DNA of 64,000 bases from an uncultured virus (IMG/VR IMGVR_UViG_3300028597_000015) (taxonomy: Duplodnaviria > Heunggongvirae > Uroviricota > Caudoviricetes), in IMG/VR virus record IMGVR_UViG_3300028597_000015; one strand, given 5' to 3'. Positions within the stretch are counted from its first letter, which is position 1. Each line of letters opens with the position of its first letter. Position numbers and translations under genes: made by a program. The notes below the pieces were generated by a model that saw only the letters and a list, made by a program, of their open reading frames with translations, was not told where the DNA came from and did no database searches. Of the stretch, positions 30,461 through 38,908 are shown one piece after another.

Positions 30461-31420
30461 ATGTCTGACGTCCCTCCGGAGGTCGGCTACGGCAAGGTGG
30501 TCGGCCGGTTTGTGTCGTACATCGCGGACACCACCGACCAGGACGACGTGCCGAACGAGATCCCGTTGACCGGCACCGTCACCCTGACCCCGCTGACCGT
30601 GATCACCCGCTGGCCGACCACGGTGCCGCCCCGGCAGGCGATCAACCAGCAGGTCGTCGCCCAGGTCATCGACGGGGATCTGTGTGGCCCGCAGGGCACG
30701 CCCGGGGTGTGGGTGCTGGCTACCGACCAGCCCTCCGGGCAGCCGAACCTGGTGCAGTGGCGGGCCTCGTTCAAGCTGACCAACGTCCTGCGGCAGCCCG
30801 AGGACGTGACGTTCAACGTGCCGACCAACGGCAGCGTGGATCTGGCCATGGTTTTCGGGGTCGACGCGCAGTTGCCGGTCGTGACGGTGGTGTCCCACGA
30901 GGATGCGACGAACGCGGCAGCCAGTGCCGACGACGCGGCGGCGAGCGTGGTCACCGCGCAGGCCAGCGCCACGGCGGCGCAGAACAGCGCCACAGCGGCA
31001 TCGACCAGTGCGACCAACGCGGCGAACAGCGCCACCGGCGCAGGGACCAGCGCGACCGACGCGGCCGCCTCGGCGACCTCGGCGACCGCTTCGAAGAACG
31101 CGGCGGCGACCAGCGCGACCAACGCGCAGAACTCGGCGACCACGGCCGCCGGGTCGGTCACGGCGGCGCAGAACAGCGCCAGCGCGGCATCGACCAGCGC
31201 AACCAACGCCGCGAACAGTGCGACCGGCGCAGGGACCAGCGCGACCAACGCGGCGAACAGTGCGACCGGCGCAGGGACCAGCGCGACCAACGCGGCGAAC
31301 AGTGCGAGCGCGGCGGCGACCAGCGCATCCTCGGTGCCGAAATGGTGGCAGGGGACGCAGGCGCAGTACGACGCGATCCCGGTCAAGGACCCGCAGACCC
31401 TGTATGTGATCACGCCATGA
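30461..31420 (+). CDS. Minor tail fibre with Ala/Ser/Thr heptad stalk
   Basis: YGKVVGRF N-terminus, ATNAANS repeats and WQGTQAQYDAI..KDPQTLY C-terminus. Confidence 0.8.
   Translation: MSDVPPEVGYGKVVGRFVSYIADTTDQDDVPNEIPLTGTVTLTPLTVITRWPTTVPPRQAINQQVVAQVIDGDLCGPQGTPGVWVLATDQPSGQPNLVQWRASFKLTNVLRQPEDVTFNVPTNGSVDLAMVFGVDAQLPVVTVVSHEDATNAAASADDAAASVVTAQASATAAQNSATAASTSATNAANSATGAGTSATDAAASATSATASKNAAATSATNAQNSATTAAGSVTAAQNSASAASTSATNAANSATGAGTSATNAANSATGAGTSATNAANSASAAATSASSVPKWWQGTQAQYDAIPVKDPQTLYVITP
30985..31325 (+). repeat. Coding 21/42-bp tandem repeats (SATNAANSATGAGT)
   Basis: Near-identical 42-bp units GCGACCAACGCGGCGAACAGTGCGACCGGCGCAGGGACCAGC around 31200-31305, and a copy near 31010. 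Confidence 0.85.
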
Positions 31421-33258
31421 CGCTGCTCACCACGATCCCCGGGGCGCGGACCCCGGACGGCAAGCTGGTCCAGCGAATCATGCTGGGCGACAAGGAGATC
31501 GTGCGGTTCGGCAGCACGGTGCAGACCAACCTGGCCCTCAACCCGACCCCGGCCAGCCTTAACGGATGGACATCGAACAGCGGCACTCAATGGACGAACA
31601 CATACTCGGGCGGCGAGGTCTCGGCCGACCGGCTCGCGACGGCTCCGGCCGATTGGGCGGCGAGTCTGCTCTCGCACGGCGTACACACACCCGCTAATCC
31701 GGTGCTCGCGATCGGTTCGTGGTGGCAACGTTCGGTCGAGATATGGGTCGACGCGCCAGGTTCGGTCAAAGCGAGCATCGCGACCAACGCGTGGCGCGGT
31801 GGGCAGCCGCTCGCCGCCGGCCAGTGGACCCGGGTTGTCGAAAACTTCCAAGGTGATGGCATCGCTCGATACGTGTGCGCGATCGGCGTCACTATCCCCG
31901 GTGTCGGCACCGGTGTGCACGTCAAGTTCCGTCGGGGGCAGTTGGTCGAGTGCCCGTCCGGGGTGGAGCAACCCTATTTCGACGGCACGACCCCGGACAC
32001 GCTGCCGTTCCACGACTACGGCTGGACCGGCGCGGCGAACGCGAGCACGTCCATCGACACGCGGTGGATGCGGCGGATCGGGCAGCAGACGAACCTGATC
32101 CCGAATCCCGCGCCGGGGTCGGTCACCAACTGGCTGTCCAACGACGGCAACGTGTTCAAGCACACCTATGCCGGCGGCGAGATCTCGGTGGAGCGACTGG
32201 CCAAGCTGGGCGCCGCCCCCGACACGCTGGCCAGTTGGTACAACACGGGGCTGACCGTATCCAACCCGGTCCTCCCGGCGGGGACGAAATACCAACGGTC
32301 CATCGAGATCTGGGTGGACCTGCCGGGAGCCACGTTGGCGCAGGTCGGCGGCGCCGGGGCGTTCGTCGGGGGCCAGGCCCTACCGGCGAATCAGTGGACG
32401 CGGGTGGTCGAGCAGTTCACCGCCACCGGCGCGGCGACCGGTTGGATGGGTGCGAAGGTGAGCGTGCCCAACCTTCCGGCGGCCCGGATCAACCAGACTC
32501 CCGACCCCCGGGGCATGTCCCTGACCAGCAAGACGGCGTCGGCCACCACCTCACCCAACATGACCACTTCACTGCTCACCGGACTGACCGGCCATCCGGC
32601 GGGTTTCACCACCGCCTTCCGGGGCACGGTGGTCGCGGCCCAGCCAACCATCACTGCCTGGTACATCGGTCAGACGCTCGCGTCGGGCAACGCCCCGGCG
32701 GTGGGCCAGTGGACCACCGCCGGAGTATGGTTCCGCACCAACGTGGCCCGCCAGGTCCACATTCGCACGGTGAACGTGAACGGGAGCGCCAGCACCAACG
32801 GCACCGTGACGCTGGTTCAGGCCAACACCTGGACCTGGCTGTCCGTGGTCGGCCAGTACACGGCGGGGTCCACGTCGCTGTCGGTGATCATCGGCGTGGA
32901 CGACGGACCGCCGCCGCAGGCGGGGGACACCCAGGACTTCACCGGCCTGATCGTGGAGTACCTGGACGGGACCAAGCCAGCGGTGCCCGCTTCGGGCAGC
33001 TACTTCGATGGCGACACCCCGGACGACGCGGCCAACCTGGTCGACTACTCGTGGACCGGCACCGCTGGCGCCAGCACGTCGCAGCGTGCGGTCGGGCTCG
33101 GCATCCACGTCAAGCTGCGGCGGGCGATGCTGATCGAGAACCCGGGCGGGACGACCCTGCTGCATTTTGACGGCAGCACGCCGGGCAACGGGGAGCACAA
33201 CTTCGCCTGGACCGGCACGGCGCACGCCAGCACGTCGACCGACACCATGTTCGCCTAG
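31417..33258 (+). CDS. Receptor-binding / minor tail protein with three related carbohydrate-binding-like domains
   Basis: Repeats TNLxxNP...(Y/H)FDGxTP...WTGxAxASTS, three times. Confidence 0.8.
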   Translation: MTLLTTIPGARTPDGKLVQRIMLGDKEIVRFGSTVQTNLALNPTPASLNGWTSNSGTQWTNTYSGGEVSADRLATAPADWAASLLSHGVHTPANPVLAIGSWWQRSVEIWVDAPGSVKASIATNAWRGGQPLAAGQWTRVVENFQGDGIARYVCAIGVTIPGVGTGVHVKFRRGQLVECPSGVEQPYFDGTTPDTLPFHDYGWTGAANASTSIDTRWMRRIGQQTNLIPNPAPGSVTNWLSNDGNVFKHTYAGGEISVERLAKLGAAPDTLASWYNTGLTVSNPVLPAGTKYQRSIEIWVDLPGATLAQVGGAGAFVGGQALPANQWTRVVEQFTATGAATGWMGAKVSVPNLPAARINQTPDPRGMSLTSKTASATTSPNMTTSLLTGLTGHPAGFTTAFRGTVVAAQPTITAWYIGQTLASGNAPAVGQWTTAGVWFRTNVARQVHIRTVNVNGSASTNGTVTLVQANTWTWLSVVGQYTAGSTSLSVIIGVDDGPPPQAGDTQDFTGLIVEYLDGTKPAVPASGSYFDGDTPDDAANLVDYSWTGTAGASTSQRAVGLGIHVKLRRAMLIENPGGTTLLHFDGSTPGNGEHNFAWTGTAHASTSTDTMFA

Positions 33259-33281
33259 AATCGACGGCGGCTACCAACCGC

Positions 33282-33319
33282 AGAGCCCCCCATCGGCTTC
33301 GGCCGGTGGGGGGCTCTTT
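33282..33319. terminator. Intrinsic terminator between convergent operons
   Basis: 16-bp stem AGAGCCCCCCATCGGC / GCCGGTGGGGGGCTCT with a C(UUCG)G tetraloop and a short T-tract. Confidence 0.85.
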
Positions 33320-33348
33320 CGCGTCTGCGGTCAGTACCAGGCGGGCGG

Positions 33349-34170
33349 TCAGCGAATGTTCTCCTGGATCGTCTTCAGTCCGAGGTTCGCTCTGGCGGTG
33401 TGCGGGCCGTGGAGCGTCCGCTGCCCGCCTTCGATCTTCGGGCTCCGGTAGACGCAGGGCTCTTGCGGTTCGCTGCCGCATTCCGGGCATTTGACGCTCA
33501 GCGCGGCCCGCTGATAGGACTGCCCCGGGTAGAACTTGTCACCGATCTGAGTGCCAGCACCATGATTGCTCAACGCCTCGGTGTATCTGGCGTACGAGGT
33601 CGTAGTCCAGCGCAAGTTGGACAACGCGCTGTCGATCAAGAGTTCATTGGTCTTGATCAGGAGGGGGTGAGTCTCCTCGGAATCCGGCGGCGACCCGTAC
33701 TCACACAGGTCCCGGATGTCATTCCAGAACCGGCGGCGCGCCTCTCCCCATTTCTCGTGCAGTATGGCGACGATTCCCAGCCGCTCGGGTTCACAGCCGA
33801 GCATCCCGACGGCGATCGCCTGCGTCCTGTGGAACCCGCGTTCGTCGGCGTTCCAGTCGGGGGGCCATTCATACGTGCCTGAATCGATGGCGTCGAGCAT
33901 GCGCAACCCCTCCAGCTTCGCGTCGGATTCCTCGCGCAAGGTCGCTGCGGTTTTGGGCGGCACGGGCGGGGACGGCGGTTCCTTGCCGGAGGCAAGCCAT
34001 TCGTCAGCGATGGAGCGGGGCACGTAGGGCGTCCGTCCGACCGTGACCGTCGCGAGCGTCCCATTTTCAATCATCACGCCCGCTACCGCTACCGACACGT
34101 TCAGATGGCTTGCAACTCGGGATTTGCTCAGTAATTCGTCATGTTCGAAATCGACAACGAGTTTGCTCAT
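33349..34170 (-). CDS. HTH_17/excisionase-like N-terminus plus C-terminal Zn finger
   Basis: LLSKSRVASHLNVS...IENGTLATVTVGRTPYVPRSIADEWL, and CPECGSEPQEPC...HTAR. Confidence 0.7.
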   Translation of the reverse strand: MSKLVVDFEHDELLSKSRVASHLNVSVAVAGVMIENGTLATVTVGRTPYVPRSIADEWLASGKEPPSPPVPPKTAATLREESDAKLEGLRMLDAIDSGTYEWPPDWNADERGFHRTQAIAVGMLGCEPERLGIVAILHEKWGEARRRFWNDIRDLCEYGSPPDSEETHPLLIKTNELLIDSALSNLRWTTTSYARYTEALSNHGAGTQIGDKFYPGQSYQRAALSVKCPECGSEPQEPCVYRSPKIEGGQRTLHGPHTARANLGLKTIQENIR

Positions 34171-34190
34171 GATTATCTTCTCTCGGGTGT

Positions 34191-34484
34191 TTAGTACCAC
34201 GCCTGGCACTGTGCCGTCGGATGCTCGCCGAACAGCCGACCGCAGTCCCGGCAGGGATGGCCGTTCGGCCACGCCTGCCGGTCCTGGGCGATCAGGTCGG
34301 CGGCGGTGTCGCCGGTCAGGTTGAGCATCGCCAGCATCCGGGTTTCGTCCCGCAGGGTGATCGTCACGTCCTCGCCGCCGCCCTCGGGGAACAGGTTCTC
34401 GCCGATGACCTTGACGGCGGTGAGCAACAGGTGCTCGACCAGTGAGCGCGGCGCGGTGGTCTCGATCTCGACGCTGAACTGCAT
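34191..34484 (-). CDS. Hypothetical Zn-binding protein
   Basis: CRDCG...EHP...C C-terminus. Confidence 0.6.
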   Translation of the reverse strand: MQFSVEIETTAPRSLVEHLLLTAVKVIGENLFPEGGGEDVTITLRDETRMLAMLNLTGDTAADLIAQDRQAWPNGHPCRDCGRLFGEHPTAQCQAWY

Positions 34485-35266
34485 CAGTTCTTCCACTGGT
34501 CCATCAGGAAGTCCTCCCCGGCCCTGCGCATGGCGGTTTCCATCCGCTTCAGGTTCGCCGGTTCGGCGTAGTAGCGGGAGCCGATCACGCAGTCGTGCGC
34601 CCGGCCGATCATGGACATGGTGTAGAAGTCGGCCAGGGCGCGGACGTCAAGGCCCTCGGGCACCTTCCCCGGGTAGGCGCTCAGATCGAGCGGTTCGCGG
34701 GACATGATGTCGGACAGGACGTTCGGGACGGTCCCGGTCATCTCGACGCCGTCCTCGTTCTTCGGTCCGGCCTTCATCGGCGTGGCCACGAACGGCCCGC
34801 GTTCGTCGCAGTCGGCCGGGGTCAACCAGATGATCCGGCGGCGGGTGCGGCGGTAGGGCAGCAGGACCGTCCACACGCCGTCCGGGGTGGCAACCGTGAC
34901 GTTCAGCGAGTCCACGACGACCTTGCCACTGCCGTGTCGGTCGACGTAGTCCTGCATCTCGCCCGGCGCCCATTCGACGCCGGTGTCCGGGTTCTCGACG
35001 GTCAGCGCGTAGTAGGTGTCGAACGACAGGATCACCGCGTCGGCGTCCGCCCCCGTGCGCAGCTTGGTGGCGATGGCCAGCATCTCGTCGCGGTTGGCGT
35101 CGACGGTGACCTCGATGACGGAGACCAGTGCCTCGCCCTCGTGCCGCCAGGCGCTGACGTAGGTCGGGATGGCCGGTGCGTCCGACCGTTTCGCGACCAG
35201 CGCGTCCGCCGCGTCCCGGGCGTTCATCGCCATTTCCATGATCATGGTCTCGACGTTCACGCTCAT
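34484..35266 (-). CDS. Hypothetical protein
   Basis: 260-aa ORF (MSVNVETM...) with coupled starts and stops. Confidence 0.7.
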   Translation of the reverse strand: MSVNVETMIMEMAMNARDAADALVAKRSDAPAIPTYVSAWRHEGEALVSVIEVTVDANRDEMLAIATKLRTGADADAVILSFDTYYALTVENPDTGVEWAPGEMQDYVDRHGSGKVVVDSLNVTVATPDGVWTVLLPYRRTRRRIIWLTPADCDERGPFVATPMKAGPKNEDGVEMTGTVPNVLSDIMSREPLDLSAYPGKVPEGLDVRALADFYTMSMIGRAHDCVIGSRYYAEPANLKRMETAMRRAGEDFLMDQWKN

Positions 35267-35424
35267 GTCCAGCCGTCCGCGAGATCCCGGCGGGCGTTGT
35301 GCACCCATTGCACCGCGCGGCGCCCCTCGATGGTCGGGGCGGTGCACGGCTGGCCCGGCAGGGCATTGCAGGCGGGGCAGTGCACGTTCAGCGCGCCGAC
35401 CGCCTGATCGGGTTCGGTCGTCAT
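35263..35424 (-). CDS. Small Zn-finger protein
   Basis: MTTEPDQAVGALNVHCPACNALPGQPCTAPTIEGRRAVQWVHNARRDLADGWT, read by hand. Confidence 0.7.
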   Translation of the reverse strand: MTTEPDQAVGALNVHCPACNALPGQPCTAPTIEGRRAVQWVHNARRDLADGWT

Positions 35425-35600
35425 CGGTTGTCCTCTCCCAGGGTCGCCGTCTCGACGTCGGAGAAGTAGACGTCGCTACACGCCTCGGAGCACAGGGTCA
35501 TCTCCGGGTGGTTCAGGTCGAACCCCGGATCGTCGCCCTCGCCGATCGGTCGGCCGCAGACGACGCAGGGTTCGTCCAGGTTCATCGGGATGGTGGTCAT
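35421..35600 (-). CDS. Small Cys-rich protein
   Basis: CVVCG...LCSEAC (TRASH/zf-FCS-like), read by hand. Confidence 0.6.
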   Translation of the reverse strand: MTTIPMNLDEPCVVCGRPIGEGDDPGFDLNHPEMTLCSEACSDVYFSDVETATLGEDNR

Positions 35601-35764
35601 GTGGTGGTGTCCTCTCGGTGGGGCAGGTTGACGGGGATGCGGTCCATCCGCCGTCCGATCTCGACGTTCAGGCGACTGCGGGTCAGGTCGTCGGTGGTCT
35701 GCTCGCGCAGGGCCAGGAGTTCCTTGACGGTCATCCTGCGCAACGTGGCCAGCGGGGTGGGCAT
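35597..35764 (-). CDS. Hypothetical protein
   Basis: 55 aa (MPTPLATLRRMTVKELL...); coupled. Confidence 0.5.
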   Translation of the reverse strand: MPTPLATLRRMTVKELLALREQTTDDLTRSRLNVEIGRRMDRIPVNLPHREDTTT

Positions 35765-35997
35765 CAGGTGGTCACCGCCGTCGGGCGACCGCGTTCTTCG
35801 AGCACCGCGACCCGCACGGTGATCTTGGCCAGTTCCTCATGGACGCCCCGGATCTCATCCTCGATGCGGTCGAACCGGTCCTCGATCCGGTCCAGTCGCC
35901 GGTTGATCCAGACGAACATGGTGCCGATCAGGATGAGGAACGGGACCACGATGGTGAAAGCGGCGCCCATCAGGGCGATGGCGCTGACCTCGATCAT
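35764..35997 (-). CDS. Membrane-anchored coiled-coil protein
   Basis: N-terminal TM followed by RLDRIEDRFDRIEDEIRG. Confidence 0.65.
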   Translation of the reverse strand: MIEVSAIALMGAAFTIVVPFLILIGTMFVWINRRLDRIEDRFDRIEDEIRGVHEELAKITVRVAVLEERGRPTAVTT

Positions 35998-36200
35998 GAC
36001 GTCCGCCGCAGCATGTAGTAGCGGTTGTGGATGGAGGCGTACGAACGGGCCAGTCGACTGGCCAGGGCGCGGAAGTCCTTCGTACCGGCGCAGTCCCGGA
36101 CCAGCGAGTCCTCCCATTCCGTCCACATCTGGCGCTCATGGGGGCGGATGATGGCCTCGGCCCGCGAGTCGGCCTGCTGGTCGTGGTAGTCGCGGTTCAT
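35994..36200 (-). CDS. Small HTH (Myb-like) protein
   Basis: WTEWEDSLV...LASRLARSYASIHNR. Confidence 0.65.
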   Translation of the reverse strand: MNRDYHDQQADSRAEAIIRPHERQMWTEWEDSLVRDCAGTKDFRALASRLARSYASIHNRYYMLRRTS

Positions 36201-36421
36201 TCGTCATCCTCCACGTCGACCACGTCGATGTAGCCCCGGATCTCCTCCTGGAGCGCGGCGCCCGCCACGCCGGGACGGGTGAAGGTGCCGACGAACGTCT
36301 CGCCGATGAACGCGCCGTAGAGACCGTCGCGCATGATGACCTCGCCGACCACGCCGTCCACGGTCAGCGTCCAGCGCTGCGGACCGGCCGGGGTCAACTC
36401 GGGGTAGACGATCGCCTTCAT
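36197..36421 (-). CDS. Hypothetical protein
   Basis: MKAIVYPELTP...; ATGA coupled. Confidence 0.55.
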   Translation of the reverse strand: MKAIVYPELTPAGPQRWTLTVDGVVGEVIMRDGLYGAFIGETFVGTFTRPGVAGAALQEEIRGYIDVVDVEDDE

Positions 36422-36594
36422 GAGGACACCCGCCGACCGTTGCGGGCGGGCTTGACGTTGATGTACTCGGTCAGCAGGCGGTTGATGACGGAGGTCATCG
36501 TCTCGCCGGTGGCGTCGGCCCGTTCCTTGGCCTGGTCCCACAGGTCGTCGGGAACACGGAAACTCCGGTTCGGGGTTTTGGGCTGGTTCGGCAT
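36418..36594 (-). CDS. Ribbon-helix-helix (Arc-like) DNA-binding protein
   Basis: TPNRSFRVPDDLWDQAKERADATGETMTSVINRLLTEY is a classic RHH pattern. GAAGGA RBS. Confidence 0.85.
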   Translation of the reverse strand: MPNQPKTPNRSFRVPDDLWDQAKERADATGETMTSVINRLLTEYINVKPARNGRRVSS

Positions 36595-36614
36595 GGCGGT
36601 CCTTCCGGGTAGGT

Positions 36615-36651
36615 GGTGTCTTGCACCACCATGCCACAGGTGCAAGACACC
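36615..36651. promoter_or_regulatory. 13-bp inverted repeat, candidate operator upstream of the RHH gene
   Basis: GGTGTCTTGCACC-N11-GGTGCAAGACACC, perfect dyad. Confidence 0.65.
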
Positions 36652-37105
36652 CAGCAACCTATTCATCCTCTCGGGTGAGCCGGTAGACGCTTGCGTGGTC
36701 CAGCAGGTCGGCGAACCGCCGGGCCTCTTGCGCCGTGTCGAACATGGCCGAGCCGAGGACGTGCCAGGGTTTCGCGGGGGGCGTGCCCCCGGAGCGGATC
36801 ACCGCGAACAGGACCGTCGGCGGGTCCGGGATCATCTCGGTCACGACGCCTCCCGCAGCGGTCGGTGGGGGTTGAGTTCGTCGGCCGGGCGCGGGTGATT
36901 CTGCGGCGGTGACGGGCGACCGACGCGCGCCTGCACGTACTCGCCGATCACCGCCCGGTCCTGTTCCTCGCGCAGGGCCTGGAGCAACCATTCATCGGTC
37001 ACCACTGCGCCACCCGCTCCCGTGCCCGCTGGGTCTCCAGCCGCCACCAGGACCACGCCACCCACAGGATCACCGTGATCCCGACGGCGGCGAACAACCG
37101 CAAGA

Positions 37106-37654
37106 TCATTCCTTGTCCTTCCTGATCTGTTTGCGCACCGCCTCATCGATCGCCGCGTTCTCGATCTCCTGGGCCATGTCGATCTTGGCCTGGAGCGTCC
37201 GCAGGTGGATGCACAGTTCGTCGTGCCCCCGGGTCGCCTCGGCCTCGCTGGTCCACCGGAACGGATTGCCGATGTAGTCGCGTAGCTCGGGGTGCACGTG
37301 CGCGACCTTCGGCGAGTCCGGGTCGCTGATGTCCTGAAGCTGCATCGTCCGGTCCGAGCCCGGGAAGGTGATCTCATCGGGTTCGTCGTAGAACACCATC
37401 GACTCGAAAATCAACGGCGGACCGCTGTCGTCGTAGATGGCGATCCGGTGGTTGAACCCGAGCCACACCGTCGACACCCGGAACCGGCCGATGTAGGTCT
37501 GCGCCACCCGCTTGTACTCCGGATCGCGGATCAACTCGGCATAGCCGTCCATGGTGATCCGGTTGCCCTGCCGGTCGAAATAGCCGATGCCGTAGTCGTT
37601 CCAGGGGCCGGACTGCATCTCGCCGTCGCCGTCGTAGGTCGGTATGTCGGTCAT
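37106..37654 (-). CDS. Conserved phage hypothetical protein
   Basis: RVAQTYIG...VSTVWLGFNH...PLIFESMVF motif. Confidence 0.7.
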   Translation of the reverse strand: MTDIPTYDGDGEMQSGPWNDYGIGYFDRQGNRITMDGYAELIRDPEYKRVAQTYIGRFRVSTVWLGFNHRIAIYDDSGPPLIFESMVFYDEPDEITFPGSDRTMQLQDISDPDSPKVAHVHPELRDYIGNPFRWTSEAEATRGHDELCIHLRTLQAKIDMAQEIENAAIDEAVRKQIRKDKE

Positions 37655-37941
37655 CCTCGCCGCCTCTCCCGCGCTCGCGCCCGCGCCGGCAGGTCGGACC
37701 GGCCCAGCACCGCATACAGCCGGCGGAACTCCGGGTCCGCCATGATGCCCTTCAGTTCCTCCGGGGTGGCCCGGCGTAGCTGGAGGTCGTCGGTGTAGAG
37801 CCCGACCGCCAGGCAGTACACGCACAGCGACACGTTGCCGGGCTCCGGGTCGGCGTTCTCCGACCCGTACGCCTTGGTGTAGCCGTCGTTCTTCTCCCCG
37901 CAGACGGGGCAGCGCAGGCCCCACAGCCGCCCACTCACCAC
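37651..37941 (-). CDS. Zn-ribbon protein
   Basis: CPVCG...PEPGNVSLCVYC...LRRATPEE. Confidence 0.65.
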   Translation of the reverse strand: MVSGRLWGLRCPVCGEKNDGYTKAYGSENADPEPGNVSLCVYCLAVGLYTDDLQLRRATPEELKGIMADPEFRRLYAVLGRSDLPARARARERRRG

Positions 37942-38309
37942 AACTCCGGCGGTGGCGGGAGCGGCGGTCGACCGGCGCGGTCGTTCTCCACCTTCAGGTC
38001 CAGATACGTCTTGTAGAGCCGGGTCTCCAGTCGGGCCATCTCCTGCCGGTCGCGCCGGATGTGGAAGCCGACCCGCGCCATCAGGACGATGGAGGTCACC
38101 AGCAGGATCATCGTGACCACGTTGGTGGTCCGGGACAGTACCTCCACCCAGGGCCAGCGACCGACCAGGGCGATCACCGTGGCGGTGATCAGGACGAACA
38201 GGGCCACGGTCAGGATGGCCTGCAACGCCCTGATCCAGCGGGGCTGGATCGGCTCCATCCGGATGATCACCCGGACGTACTCGTGCTCGTGCTCGGGGTC
38301 GTCAGTCAT
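37935..38309 (-). CDS. Membrane protein (2 TM)
   Basis: Two hydrophobic stretches. Confidence 0.65.
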   Translation of the reverse strand: MTDDPEHEHEYVRVIIRMEPIQPRWIRALQAILTVALFVLITATVIALVGRWPWVEVLSRTTNVVTMILLVTSIVLMARVGFHIRRDRQEMARLETRLYKTYLDLKVENDRAGRPPLPPPPELW

Positions 38310-38635
38310 CGCTTCCTCTGCCTGACCGGAACGGCTTGGTGCGGGTTCGCCGACCAGGACGACGGGTGGGCATGCACGTACCCGGAGATGCCGTCGGTAT
38401 GCAGCCGGAGCCTGCTGTTGCACACGGCGCAGAAGTGGCCGCCGTCGTCCCGGTCGGGCTCCGGCGCGGACGTTCGTTTGCGGACAACGATCCTGCCTTC
38501 CTTGATCATCTTGGCGTGGGCGGTACAGCAATCGAAGCCGTCCACCCGGACCTTCGCCGGCAGCTTGCACCGCCAGCCGGACTTAGTAGTGATTTCGCAT
38601 CGAACTCCGACCGGTTGGACGAACGAATCCAACAT
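38306..38635 (-). CDS. Cys/His-rich Zn-binding protein
   Basis: CEITTKSGWRC...CCTAH, and CAVC...H. Confidence 0.6.
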   Translation of the reverse strand: MLDSFVQPVGVRCEITTKSGWRCKLPAKVRVDGFDCCTAHAKMIKEGRIVVRKRTSAPEPDRDDGGHFCAVCNSRLRLHTDGISGYVHAHPSSWSANPHQAVPVRQRKR

Positions 38636-38738
38636 TGCAGTTCTTCCGTTCCCTGCTCGCGCAGGATCACGGGCAGCAAGCAACCACGCCGGTACGTGTT
38701 TGGATGTCACCCACCTTAATTGTGTCCAGAATGGACAT

Positions 38739-38871
38739 GAGGCTGCCCCGGAGAGAATCGAGCAATGTGCCCAGCGGAATCTAGGGGGGATGATTCCGAG
38801 TCGAGCACATTCCACGGTCAGACGTCGGGGGGGGTTTAGCGTCCGACCGTTGATTTCTCCGAGGCAGCCTC
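38739..38871 (-). ncRNA. 6C-like structured RNA (two C-rich-loop hairpins inside a closing stem)
   Basis: Loops contain C8 (38827-38834) and C6 (38784-38789). Each of the three stems has a position that is G-U on the - strand but A-C on the + strand. Confidence 0.65.
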
Positions 38872-38908
38872 GGTCTATTCGGTGATGCCATCGGGCATCC
38901 GGCAATTA

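Noticed and set aside
31417..33258. Diversity-generating retroelement TR/VR pair
   Set aside because: The repeats are diverged at all base types and in frame, and no reverse transcriptase is visible in the window.
38784..38834. G-quadruplex or plus-strand RNA from the G6/G8 runs
   Set aside because: There are only two G-runs, and the stem wobbles favour the minus-strand C-loop fold.
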